Below are positions 17,612 to 26,802 of a DNA stretch of 64,000 nt, piece after piece. This DNA is from a virus: positions 50,766-114,765 of the IMG/VR virus record IMGVR_UViG_3300045988_105168. The stretch is one strand, 5' to 3'. Made by a program: the position numbers and the translations under genes. The notes under the pieces were generated by a model, which was not told where the DNA came from, ran no database searches, and saw nothing but the letters and a program-made list of their open reading frames with translations. Numbering within the stretch: position 1 is the stretch's first letter; each line of letters opens with the position of its first letter.

Positions 17612-20355
17612 CTCTTTACCTCCTCTAAAGAATAATGATGACCTAAATACTCAAATCCATTTTCATCTTCCACAACTACCTGTGATTTGCCATACGGAAT
17701 AATATCTATAATATCATCACCTATAATATCCCAAATACAATCATAAGACCATCCATTACGCTCACATAATACTATTAAGTGGTTAAATAGTTCTTTAAAA
17801 GATGTAAATAATTCTAACATCTCATTTTTATACTCATCACGATTAGCATATAAGACATTTTTTAAAATCTCATTCATATCGTCATCTTGAATACCCTCAT
17901 TGTCTACCAACGCCTCAATACCTTTATATTTACGTTGTGCCTTATACTCTTTATATATTTGTTCTAGTTTTGCCATCTTATCTTCTTCTACTTCTATGTC
18001 TTCTGCAAACTCTGGCAATAAACTTACACAATTAGGTTTGTATTTTATATCAAACTCTACATTCTCTATTTCTTTACATAATAAATTCATAATACAATCT
18101 GTTTCTAAAACAGGAGAATACTTACGATATTTTCTTAATAAATTCATTTCGCCCTCAGTGTGGTCTTTCTTTCGTAATAAAACTTTAATAGGGACTCCAA
18201 AATGAGTTAAACTAATACTATTAAAATTCTTCTCATAATTCTTATAGTCATTCATAAGCGTATTATATAAATAAATAAAGAAATATGGTTTTTTCTTAAC
18301 TACCATCGAATTGTATTTATATTTCTCTGCTTTGGTTATATCATCGTCGTCCTTATTGATATGTACCCAATGCCTCCAAGACTTAGGAAAGTTTGGTGGG
18401 GTTGTTCCTTTGATTTTATCAATCTCAGCCCCTTGTAATTCTCTCAGTAATTTTAATCTTTTCTCAATTTCTTCTTTTTGCTCTACCTGTTTTTCGCCTC
18501 TAAACAAAGGTAACATTGCAAGCATACTTGTAGAGTAGTTTGTAATCTGCCCTACTTTTGTATCAAGTCCTTTAATATCACATCTTACTTGATTTGGTAA
18601 AGTTATCTTTTGTGTAGGCACAGCCTCTTTATCATACATAATAGGGAGTTCATCTCTTTTTGCTCCTTTTAAGAAATAAGGATTGTCTGTTGCCATACAA
18701 ATATCCCCATCAAAATCGGAGTCGGCGTGTTTTACAACACTAATATCATAGATGTTATAAATAATACCGCTATATATATATTTATACCATTTACGCATTT
18801 CCTCAGTATTAGCAAGTTGTTGTACATTAACTTCAGAATAATGTGTCAATGGACTTCTTAACAAACAAACCTCTCCAGTAATATTTCTTTCATTCCAGAA
18901 GTTACCATAAACATAATTCGCTGGCAATAAACCGTCTGGACTTAACCCAAGAGCACTTCGACATTGAGCTACTGGGTCACTAATCATAAATGAATAATTA
19001 CCCTTTACCCAAATACGACCGATTTTTGCTTGGCGTATACTTTCCTTAATAGAATTATAAATCTTTCTTTGAATAAATCCGTCTTTTAACATTTCAGGAT
19101 TTTTAATGATAGCTTTTGTAAATACACTACCACAAGAATTAATAATACTATCAATATTAAGCGCTGGATTTTTTACACCAACATTATATGTTAAAGCATA
19201 TTCAATATTTCCACTACAAATGTTTTTTATCCATTCTGTTGTATACGATACCAAACCAGCAATATCTTCTTTGGTTAAATCTAAAACTTGAATATATTGA
19301 TAATTGGTTAAAACATATTCATCGTCTGCTTCTTTGTTATAACGGGCTACTCCCCATTTTAAATTATATGCTTTGTGATAACTTAAATATCCTTCCCAAG
19401 AAGAATAATATTTCGCCATCTTAAATTGACTCTCAGATAATAAAACGTCAATATCATCAATATTGTATTCTGTACCGTATCTATCTTTAATAGTTAAAAC
19501 CCCGTGTTCTTTAGCATATGCTTTAAAATCAAAAGGAACCAAGTTACCTTTAACAAACGCTGTTCTTACAACAAACGAACAAGGTGTATAATTTAAATGC
19601 ATATCCTCCGCCCAACATTTTGCCATTTCTGGACTTATTAAACCTTGACCATCGGCACTATTTAATTTTATATCTTTATAAATTTGTTCTACTGTATTAC
19701 CATCTTCTGTCTTATTAATCCAGTTTAACTTTTGTTGAGGGATTACAGTATCAAAATCTTTAATGACACACACTCTTGGTTCTCTTACCCATAATACAGA
19801 TGAAAAAGATAAAGCATAATAAGCGGATAATTTTGCTAGATTAATTGTCTTAATCTTTCCGTTAAGACCACACATCAATCTCTCTTGCATATAATCAAAT
19901 AATTCTTCATTGATAAAAGAAACAGTATTTCTTCTCATTTGTCCTGAACCAACCATAAACCTAACATAATGTTTACCATTTAAATCAAAACCATTACGTC
20001 CCAATTCTCTATATTCTTTTTTTGTGACAACTTTTATATTAATAATATCGTCTACAAATAATAAGTCGTCTAATTGTGATTGTAGGTCTTTAATCTGATT
20101 TAAACTATCTGGAGTTGTTGGTTGTTTTCTTATTTCTTTCATTTCTTTACGAATTGATTGAACTTGATTATATAAAGACACGTGGTCTCTATCGTCATTA
20201 TAATACTCCCTAATTTTAGCGAGTACTAAATTATCACCAATAGAAACAACATTCCCGTCTCTTGATGCCTCTTTAAATGAATAATGTGTCATTTTGCCAA
20301 TCTTGTTTGATGGTATCTTATAGATATAATAAGAATTTTGTAAAACCTTTGCCAC
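17605..20355 (-). CDS. single-subunit two-barrel RNA polymerase, YonO / eukaryotic-RdRP-like family
   Basis: Three family hallmarks in the right order: NSADGQGLISPEMA (DGxGxIS), CLLRSPLTHYSEV (RxPxxH) and HADSDFDGDICMATDNPYF (DxDGD metal site, compare beta-prime NADFDGD). 916 aa. Confidence 0.7.
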   Translation of the reverse strand: MAKVLQNSYYIYKIPSNKIGKMTHYSFKEASRDGNVVSIGDNLVLAKIREYYNDDRDHVSLYNQVQSIRKEMKEIRKQPTTPDSLNQIKDLQSQLDDLLFVDDIINIKVVTKKEYRELGRNGFDLNGKHYVRFMVGSGQMRRNTVSFINEELFDYMQERLMCGLNGKIKTINLAKLSAYYALSFSSVLWVREPRVCVIKDFDTVIPQQKLNWINKTEDGNTVEQIYKDIKLNSADGQGLISPEMAKCWAEDMHLNYTPCSFVVRTAFVKGNLVPFDFKAYAKEHGVLTIKDRYGTEYNIDDIDVLLSESQFKMAKYYSSWEGYLSYHKAYNLKWGVARYNKEADDEYVLTNYQYIQVLDLTKEDIAGLVSYTTEWIKNICSGNIEYALTYNVGVKNPALNIDSIINSCGSVFTKAIIKNPEMLKDGFIQRKIYNSIKESIRQAKIGRIWVKGNYSFMISDPVAQCRSALGLSPDGLLPANYVYGNFWNERNITGEVCLLRSPLTHYSEVNVQQLANTEEMRKWYKYIYSGIIYNIYDISVVKHADSDFDGDICMATDNPYFLKGAKRDELPIMYDKEAVPTQKITLPNQVRCDIKGLDTKVGQITNYSTSMLAMLPLFRGEKQVEQKEEIEKRLKLLRELQGAEIDKIKGTTPPNFPKSWRHWVHINKDDDDITKAEKYKYNSMVVKKKPYFFIYLYNTLMNDYKNYEKNFNSISLTHFGVPIKVLLRKKDHTEGEMNLLRKYRKYSPVLETDCIMNLLCKEIENVEFDIKYKPNCVSLLPEFAEDIEVEEDKMAKLEQIYKEYKAQRKYKGIEALVDNEGIQDDDMNEILKNVLYANRDEYKNEMLELFTSFKELFNHLIVLCERNGWSYDCIWDIIGDDIIDIIPYGKSQVVVEDENGFEYLGHHYSLEEVKRC

Positions 20356-20365
20356 ATTATCCCTC

Positions 20366-20920
20366 CTAAACTATTTTTTCTAATAAAACCTCTTTTATTT
20401 GATGTTCTAATGAACCTATACTTGCAGCGGCAATAGTATAATCAAACTCAAAATCATCTAAAGCCACCTCGCTTAAATGTTGTTTTTGCTCTTCTGTTAA
20501 TGAAGAACTATATTGGCTCCAATCTGCGTTTAATCTATTAACCCTAATAGCCATTACTTTATCCCCAAACATTGCTTTTGGATAATATATTTCATTTGGG
20601 AAGCGCGCATCATCGATAATAACAAAATCAACATAATCTTGACATATCTCTACATCTTCGCATATTCTTCCTACGTGAAAGTTTGGCTTATTAAGTTTTT
20701 GTCTAATAATATCAGTACCTAATTGTTGCAATAATTCTCTGCCGCCATTATCTTTTTGACCATTCCAACCGCAATATCTTGTAGCTAAATCTTTTAAGTA
20801 ATAAGCATATCGAGTAATCACAACCTTATACCCTAATTCCTCTAATTGTTTTTTTAAAATCTCAGAGGCAGTAGTTTTTCCGTGCTCTGCTTTGCCACTA
20901 AATAAAATCATTCTTCTCAT
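20366..20920 (-). CDS. P-loop kinase, dNMP-kinase-like
   Basis: Walker A FSGKAEHGKTT and IIDDARFPNE (DxRFxNE-like). Confidence 0.55.
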   Translation of the reverse strand: MRRMILFSGKAEHGKTTASEILKKQLEELGYKVVITRYAYYLKDLATRYCGWNGQKDNGGRELLQQLGTDIIRQKLNKPNFHVGRICEDVEICQDYVDFVIIDDARFPNEIYYPKAMFGDKVMAIRVNRLNADWSQYSSSLTEEQKQHLSEVALDDFEFDYTIAAASIGSLEHQIKEVLLEKIV

Positions 20921-20924
20921 TTTT

Positions 20925-21515
20925 CTATTCTCCTTTTTTACTTAACGTCTTATAATCATATGACGAATAAAACGATAATATGTCATCTATTTCTAGCCAA
21001 GTATTTACGACCAAAATATCTGTATTGTTATAATTAGACTGCCAATTAAAATTATGATTATCTTTGTACAATATTTTAATATCGGCATTTGTGTCTAAAG
21101 CCGCTGTACAATCATCAATTTGAATTCCATTAGTCATATCTACTTGTTTTTTGCTTAAACTATTATTAGTGATGCCTACAAAGCTGACATTACCTGGGAT
21201 ATTTTCTTTTACCCACTGTTCTTTCTTTTTTAAATTCTCCGCTGTCCCTTTTGTAGTAATAATAAATTTTACTTTACCATCGTATTTATTTAAAACTTTT
21301 AAAAAGTCGCTCTTAAATTTTAAATTAGAAAAGAACTCATCACTTTCAAAAATACCTAATTTTTCTTCCTCGGTGATGGGGGCTATAGAAGTATAACCGT
21401 AATCTTCAAGGTCGTCTTCGCTTTTATTTAATCCATACTTGTCATTTAAGATTTCTATAACCTTCTGATTACTCTCGACTATCGTATTATCAAAATCTAC
21501 ATAAACGGTTGTCAC
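20925..21515 (-). CDS. HAD-superfamily 5'(3')-deoxyribonucleotidase-like (NT5C-type)
   Basis: N-terminal VYVDFDNTIV (DxDxT), GTA..K, and DD near the C-terminus. GTG start with AAAGGAGG SD. Confidence 0.65.
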   Translation of the reverse strand: MTTVYVDFDNTIVESNQKVIEILNDKYGLNKSEDDLEDYGYTSIAPITEEEKLGIFESDEFFSNLKFKSDFLKVLNKYDGKVKFIITTKGTAENLKKKEQWVKENIPGNVSFVGITNNSLSKKQVDMTNGIQIDDCTAALDTNADIKILYKDNHNFNWQSNYNNTDILVVNTWLEIDDILSFYSSYDYKTLSKKGE

Positions 21516-21552
21516 TTAACGAGCCTCCTTTCTCTATCCTATTTACATATAC

Positions 21553-21581
21553 ATTATAACAAAAAAAAATGAATTTGTCAA
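21553..21581 (-). promoter_or_regulatory. consensus sigmaA-type promoter (TTGACA-17-TGtTATAAT) for the minus-strand block
   Basis: -35 is the reverse complement of 21576-21581. -10 is the reverse complement of 21553-21558. Spacer is 17 nt, with a TG extension. Confidence 0.75.
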
Positions 21582-21588
21582 CAAAGAT

Positions 21589-21617
21589 TTGACAAAAACA
21601 AAGTTATATGATAGAAT
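21589..21617 (+). promoter_or_regulatory. sigmaA-type promoter (TTGACA-17-TGaTAGAAT) for the plus-strand cassette
   Basis: -35 at 21589-21594, -10 at 21612-21617. Back-to-back with the minus-strand promoter. Confidence 0.7.
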
Positions 21618-21633
21618 AAGGACGGTGATAATT

Positions 21634-22350
21634 ATGAACAATTTTACAAGAGAGGAAATAAGAATAGGAGATAAAATAATAGACAGACTTACTGATGAAG
21701 AAGGAATGAATTGGTATCCTTTAAAAACATTTTTGTTTTCTATTTTATGTAAATCAGATAAAGTATCGTCTTTTAGAGATAGTGCTATGGCGCGTTATAT
21801 GCAAGTTATAGAATATCAAACTGAAAGACCTGGTATGAAAAGACCAATTAAAACCTGGTGTATTAATGAGTTAGGTATTAAATATTTACTAAGACATATG
21901 AAAGTTAATCGCACACAAAATAAAGCGTTATATGAAGCGAGAGAAAAGGGTTTTTATGAGGCGTGTTTATATTTTAAAGTAAGAACGCCCGACGAACTAG
22001 ACCCATTATATATAAATACACCACCTAAAATTACCGACTACGACATCTGGTCTGTTACTTGTTTAGAAAACGACTTTAAACTTAAAGGTAATGATAGATG
22101 GAAGAAGTGTTCGGAGTGTGGATATTATTATCCAGATAAAATAAGATATTTTGGAAGCGATACAAAAAAGAAAGCCAAGTGTCTACAATGTCAAGGAAAA
22201 GATTTTAAATGTAGAAATAAAGTGATACAATTTATATATGAAAACGATGGCTTAGATTTATTATATAAGTTATCTTTAAATAAAAATGATGATACGGTAG
22301 AAGCTCTTAAAGTTTTTATAAACAAAGGAGGAAAGAATAATGAGAATTAA
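21634..22350 (+). CDS. Bro-N-like DNA-binding protein with C-terminal Cys4 zinc ribbon (tentative)
   Basis: Start moved to ATG 21634, because the track's TTG at 21589 is the -35 box. CINELGIKYLLRHMK resembles the Bro-N core. CSECG...CLQCQ zinc ribbon. Confidence 0.45.
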   Translation: MNNFTREEIRIGDKIIDRLTDEEGMNWYPLKTFLFSILCKSDKVSSFRDSAMARYMQVIEYQTERPGMKRPIKTWCINELGIKYLLRHMKVNRTQNKALYEAREKGFYEACLYFKVRTPDELDPLYINTPPKITDYDIWSVTCLENDFKLKGNDRWKKCSECGYYYPDKIRYFGSDTKKKAKCLQCQGKDFKCRNKVIQFIYENDGLDLLYKLSLNKNDDTVEALKVFINKGGKNNEN

Positions 22351-23554
22351 TGTGGTTGATGCAGGATGTGGTATTGGTAAAACAACAGCACTAATAAATA
22401 AAATGAATGATGATATGACCGAACAAAAATATTTGTTTGTTACACCATTCCTTAGTGAAGTAGAAAGAATAAAAAAGGCTTGCCCTGATAAACATTTTGT
22501 CGACCCTCAAGAAGGACAAAACAAAAATAAACTACTAGATTTATCTAAACTGATTGAAGAAGGGCAGAATATAGTTACAACACACGCCTTATTTAAAAAG
22601 TTAGATAAAGATATTGTCGATGTCACCCTACTAAGAGATTATATATTAGTAATGGATGAAGTTGCCGATTTAGTTGAAGAATTACCTATATCAAAATCGG
22701 ACTTAAAAAATATATCTGAAAACTATATATCTGTGCATCCTAAAAGTCATATGGCAGAATGGCTAGATAATGATTATAGTGGAAAATTTGATGAATATAT
22801 GCGTATGGTACAGAAGAATAATGTATTCTCTTATGTAGATAAAAATAATAAAGTGGTGTCTTTAATGTGGTTATTCCCTTATGTTATATTTGAGTCATTT
22901 AAACAAGTATTTGTTTTAACTTATATGTTTGATGGCCAAATTCAAAAGAAGTATTTTGACCACTTCGGAGCAACTTATGCAAATTGGTATGTTAAAGATT
23001 TTCACTTAACCCCAACACCACAAAAATATGATTATAGTAAAACTAAACAGTTAATAACTGTATGTAAAGTAGAACGCTTAAATCTTATAGGATGGAAGAA
23101 AACAGCACTGTCAATGTCGTGGTTTAATACAAATAAAAATACTTATAAAATGTTAGAATTGCAAAATAATATACGTAGTTTCTTTAGGAGCCACGTAAAA
23201 ACAACCAGTGATAAATCCTTATGGACTACATTTAAAGAATATAAAAAGTATATCAAACGACACGGTTTCACTGGCGGGTTTGCCCCTATTAATTCAAGAG
23301 CAACTAACGAGTATGGTGATAAAACAGCAATAGCATATATCGGTAATAGATATTTCAAACCTACGGTTAAAAATTTCTTTACATTTAATAATATACCAGT
23401 CAATCAAGAATTTGAAGATAAATTTGCTCTTTCAGAGCTAGTACAATTTGTATATAGAAGTGCAATTAGAAATGGTAAACCGATAGATGTGTACATACCA
23501 TCCAAGAGGATGAGAGATTTATTCCTTGAATGGTTAAAAAAACCAAACATTTAA
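22340..23554 (+). CDS. SF2 helicase-like P-loop NTPase
   Basis: Walker A DAGCGIGKTT, DEAD-like LVMDEVAD, TTH (motif III-like), and C-terminal QFVYRSAIRNG (motif VI-like). Confidence 0.55.
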   Translation: MRINVVDAGCGIGKTTALINKMNDDMTEQKYLFVTPFLSEVERIKKACPDKHFVDPQEGQNKNKLLDLSKLIEEGQNIVTTHALFKKLDKDIVDVTLLRDYILVMDEVADLVEELPISKSDLKNISENYISVHPKSHMAEWLDNDYSGKFDEYMRMVQKNNVFSYVDKNNKVVSLMWLFPYVIFESFKQVFVLTYMFDGQIQKKYFDHFGATYANWYVKDFHLTPTPQKYDYSKTKQLITVCKVERLNLIGWKKTALSMSWFNTNKNTYKMLELQNNIRSFFRSHVKTTSDKSLWTTFKEYKKYIKRHGFTGGFAPINSRATNEYGDKTAIAYIGNRYFKPTVKNFFTFNNIPVNQEFEDKFALSELVQFVYRSAIRNGKPIDVYIPSKRMRDLFLEWLKKPNI

Positions 23555-23566
23555 GTTTGGTTTTTT
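23536..23566. terminator. bidirectional intrinsic terminator shared by convergent genes
   Basis: AAAAAAACCAAAC-ATTTAA-GTTTGGTTTTTT. The loop contains both stop codons. There is an A-run on one side and a T-run on the other. Confidence 0.75.
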
Positions 23567-24789
23567 GTTTGTTCTTCTAAATTATCAAAATTATCTTCTG
23601 TCCACACAAAGTCTTCTGGTATATATTTTCTAATGTAGCTCATATCAGATGGTTCCATTCTATTCATTATTTTTGCGAATTGTTCTTTACCCTCTTTAGA
23701 TATACGTTTGCAATATTTATCAAACCAGCACTTCAACGACATCCAATTAGAATTTCTTACATATTGCCAAGCATCATCTTCATCGTCTTTTTTAGATGCC
23801 GCCTCTTTGGCTTCGTATATTAAACCTAATTTATCATTAGCTTTGGCAACCAAATAGCTTTCTATCTCTGTACCTTTAACTATCGGCATATCTACATCCA
23901 TTTGTTGTAATTGTCGCATTACTGACTCTGTTGCTACTAATGTATTTTCTTCCAACCCTTTTTCTTCATAAAGCATATCTCTATATTGTTTTAAGAAATC
24001 GTCACTTGCTTCATCCAATACATCTGTAATATCTCTAACATCTGTATAACTATCACTAATAGCCTTAAATAATTCTGGACAACAAGTCTCTGCTGTTACA
24101 ACAGATGCAGCCGTTAATTTTCTTAACTCATAATAATTAATTGCTTTTCTATCTCTGTCTAAATCAACGACGTCTGAATTAAAATTATATCCATATTTAA
24201 AATTATCGTCAGATTGAATATATAATCCTTCAACATACATTTTACCTTTAAACTTTGGTTCTAATAAAATATAACCATTTTCAGACTCAACCATATTACC
24301 ATAGTCGCCATCTATACAAGGAAAGTATGTTAATAATTCATCGTATAAATCTTTATCTACACCAGAAATAGAAAAACATAAATCTGTCTCCGCGCGCTCT
24401 AAATTATTAACCTCTATATTTAATACTTGCGTACCGAATTTTTCACTAATAGTAAAGTTTGGTATCCACTCTTCGTCAGCATTAATAATATTAACCGTGA
24501 AACCCTTTCTTAATAAAACTATTAACGCTAATTTATACCCTTCTCCAAACTTACCAATCATTCCTTCAATACTGTCTTTACTTGAACAACCAAGTACTAA
24601 TGATGATTTAGGTAATTTGGTGTTTTTGTTTCTTATATATAGAACTCTTTCCGACTCACTATATTCAATTTCTTTCGGATGACCACAATTTTCGCCATCA
24701 ATAGCATTTTGTAATAATTCTCTAATCGCTTCTCTTATTCCCCAATTACAAACGTAATTAGGAGATAGAGGTAATTCATAATTTTCCAT
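23551..24789 (-). CDS. GHKL-superfamily (Hsp90/MutL/MORC-type) ATPase-like protein
   Basis: N-box IRELLQNAIDG and G2-box GKFGEGYKLA. The G1 box is degenerate. 412 aa, no Toprim seen. Confidence 0.5.
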   Translation of the reverse strand: MENYELPLSPNYVCNWGIREAIRELLQNAIDGENCGHPKEIEYSESERVLYIRNKNTKLPKSSLVLGCSSKDSIEGMIGKFGEGYKLALIVLLRKGFTVNIINADEEWIPNFTISEKFGTQVLNIEVNNLERAETDLCFSISGVDKDLYDELLTYFPCIDGDYGNMVESENGYILLEPKFKGKMYVEGLYIQSDDNFKYGYNFNSDVVDLDRDRKAINYYELRKLTAASVVTAETCCPELFKAISDSYTDVRDITDVLDEASDDFLKQYRDMLYEEKGLEENTLVATESVMRQLQQMDVDMPIVKGTEIESYLVAKANDKLGLIYEAKEAASKKDDEDDAWQYVRNSNWMSLKCWFDKYCKRISKEGKEQFAKIMNRMEPSDMSYIRKYIPEDFVWTEDNFDNLEEQTKNQT

Positions 24790-24808
24790 TTTATAATCCC
24801 TTTCTTCC

Positions 24809-25276
24809 TTAGTAATCTGCTAGCATCTCTTGATATTCTTCTTCGTTTTGAACGCACATAAAGTTTCTAATATAATCATCTTTAATTCTTTCCATTAGCT
24901 CAGCATATTCCCTTTTAAACTTATCAAACGGGAATTGCATTATAGTATGGTGTTCATCGTCTTTACTATAAATACGTTGCCAAACTATATTAAGTATGAA
25001 ACCAAAATTTTCTGGGGCGTATTCTTCTTCAAATCGATTAAGGTCTCCGTATGTTAAGTATGCCACTAAAGTTAAATCTCCTTGCCCCTCGCCCTCTAAT
25101 ATTATTTTATTAACGGCGCTTTCATCATCTCGTTCTTCTAAATCAAATAACATATCAAGTTCTGTTTTTAAATAAGATAAATAACTAACTGAAAATGTAC
25201 AATATCCTAAATGTAGGTCTGCCCATCCAGCACTAATATTATCAATATTAATCACTCCACACCACTCCTGTTCCAT
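24809..25276 (-). CDS. hypothetical acidic protein
   Basis: Co-oriented and tightly packed. Confidence 0.6.
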   Translation of the reverse strand: MEQEWCGVINIDNISAGWADLHLGYCTFSVSYLSYLKTELDMLFDLEERDDESAVNKIILEGEGQGDLTLVAYLTYGDLNRFEEEYAPENFGFILNIVWQRIYSKDDEHHTIMQFPFDKFKREYAELMERIKDDYIRNFMCVQNEEEYQEMLADY

Positions 25277-25496
25277 TGCAACTTCTACAAGTCTCTGGCG
25301 CGGTCGTTGTTGTTACCCAACTATTACCTGTCGAACTATAAAATCCACCAGATACAAAACCACGTCCCATACACACTGGGCACGTAAACGGCTTCTTTGT
25401 ATTTAATATACGATAAGCATTACCACCATTATTTTCTAGCATTGGTATTTGTATTGTTTCTTTTTTCATATTTTCTGGTATTTGAATAAAATCCAT
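25248..25496 (-). CDS. small protein with DnaJ-type CxxCxGxG zinc-finger repeats
   Basis: CPVCMGRG and CRSCNGTG. Confidence 0.55.
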   Translation of the reverse strand: MDFIQIPENMKKETIQIPMLENNGGNAYRILNTKKPFTCPVCMGRGFVSGGFYSSTGNSWVTTTTAPETCRSCNGTGVVWSD

Positions 25497-26092
25497 TATT
25501 CCACCTCCTTAAATACTGATATTGTATTATTACCCCTATATCCTCTGTCTATAGAAGAACTTTTTCCACTAACAAATAAATCTATGCGTTGCTCATTATT
25601 AACATACATACACGCGCCACAACTATCCAAGATAATTCCCTCGTATTCAACGCCATCTATAATAAGTTCAATAGTATCACGATAATGATAATATGTTTTA
25701 TCACTACGAGCAACATTCCATTTTCCGCAAACACCACTTTTTGCATTTAAACATTCATAAGTGGCGGCCGCTAATACAAGTTTACCATCATATGTGTACC
25801 AACCTTTGTTATTGATTTGAAAATCATCTTCACATAAACCCGAACCAGTACACGCGCCTGTACCATATCCATCATTATTCCAAAAACTTGTTAATCGATA
25901 TTGCACATATTGTTTTGGCTCTTCTTCAATTATTTCTTCAACTATCTCAATTTCCACCTTTTCGGAGGGCGGAATATTTTCTTCTACTTTTACTTCATTT
26001 TCTGTAGGTTTTTGATGGTTTTGACCGTTAAATCGTATAAAAACTAAACAAAATAACATAAAATAAAGTGCTAAAATACATACTTTTTTCAC
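25496..26092 (-). CDS. secreted/anchored DPBB (3D / RlpA-like) domain protein, possible cell-wall-active
   Basis: Signal/anchor MKKVCILALYFMLFCLVFI. C-terminus GIILDSCGAC...EQRIDLFV resembles the 3D-domain end A.DtGgaI.G..iDlF. Has its own promoter. Confidence 0.45.
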   Translation of the reverse strand: MKKVCILALYFMLFCLVFIRFNGQNHQKPTENEVKVEENIPPSEKVEIEIVEEIIEEEPKQYVQYRLTSFWNNDGYGTGACTGSGLCEDDFQINNKGWYTYDGKLVLAAATYECLNAKSGVCGKWNVARSDKTYYHYRDTIELIIDGVEYEGIILDSCGACMYVNNEQRIDLFVSGKSSSIDRGYRGNNTISVFKEVE

Positions 26093-26117
26093 GTCTTTCA
26101 GACCTCCTATTATATAT

Positions 26118-26146
26118 ATCTTAGCACATTATATTGTTTTTGTCAA
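26118..26146 (-). promoter_or_regulatory. sigmaA-type promoter (TTGACA-17-TAAGAT)
   Basis: -35 is the reverse complement of 26141-26146. -10 is the reverse complement of 26118-26123. Confidence 0.55.
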
Positions 26147-26147
26147 C

Positions 26148-26552
26148 CTATACTTCGCGTCTTGGATTGTATTGTGGTGGAGTCCAGTCGCTCAACTCTT
26201 TTTCTAAGAAGTAAATCTCATTAATAAGTTCGTCTTTTGACATATTTTCTAATTCTTCACGACGCTCTTCTTCTCCCCAGTCTACTGGTTGATAATTTCC
26301 ATACTCGTCTCTTAATAAACAAGCGTGATTATAATTTTGTGTAACCATCACGTCAATTTCGCCATCTTGTTCCCATTTTACACCAGCAACTAAAGTATCG
26401 CCTGTAGCAGAAAAAGTAAAGTCAGTTTCTTTTTCTTTAGATTTAACTAATTTTTCAATAACCTCATCAATCATTTTTTGTACATATGCATCTTTAACGT
26501 GTACTGCATCTTTTTGAGTGTCAAAATATTTACCTTTGAACTTTATTTGCAT
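26148..26552 (-). CDS. hypothetical protein
   Basis: Start moved to ATG 26552 (GAGGAGGA SD). Confidence 0.6.
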   Translation of the reverse strand: MQIKFKGKYFDTQKDAVHVKDAYVQKMIDEVIEKLVKSKEKETDFTFSATGDTLVAGVKWEQDGEIDVMVTQNYNHACLLRDEYGNYQPVDWGEEERREELENMSKDELINEIYFLEKELSDWTPPQYNPRREV

Positions 26553-26802
26553 TATCGATTTCCTCCTCATCCCAAGTATCGTCACCATAATTTAAAACTT
26601 GCATCATTCGAGCAACATTAACAATGCTTAATTTATCTTGAACTTCGTCATCTGTTATAATGCCTTTTTCTACTAATAATTCACAAAGTAATAATAACCT
26701 TGCTAAAATTTCAGCAGAACACTGATGTTCATAATGAAATACTTCTTTTATATAAGCTTCTATAGCTTTAAGCTCCTGGTTGGTCACAAGCAGCACCTCC
26801 AT
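26530..26802 (-). CDS. hypothetical protein (start uncertain; GTG 26787 has the better SD)
   Basis: GGAGGTG lies 6 nt upstream of the GTG at 26787. Confidence 0.55.
   Translation of the reverse strand: MEVLLVTNQELKAIEAYIKEVFHYEHQCSAEILARLLLLCELLVEKGIITDDEVQDKLSIVNVARMMQVLNYGDDTWDEEEIDNANKVQR

Noticed and set aside
21589-21633. Track start (TTG 21589) of the Bro-N-like gene.
   Set aside because: The TTG is the first base triplet of a TTGACA -35 box, and the -10 lies inside the extension. ATG 21634 has an SD and lies downstream of the predicted transcription start.
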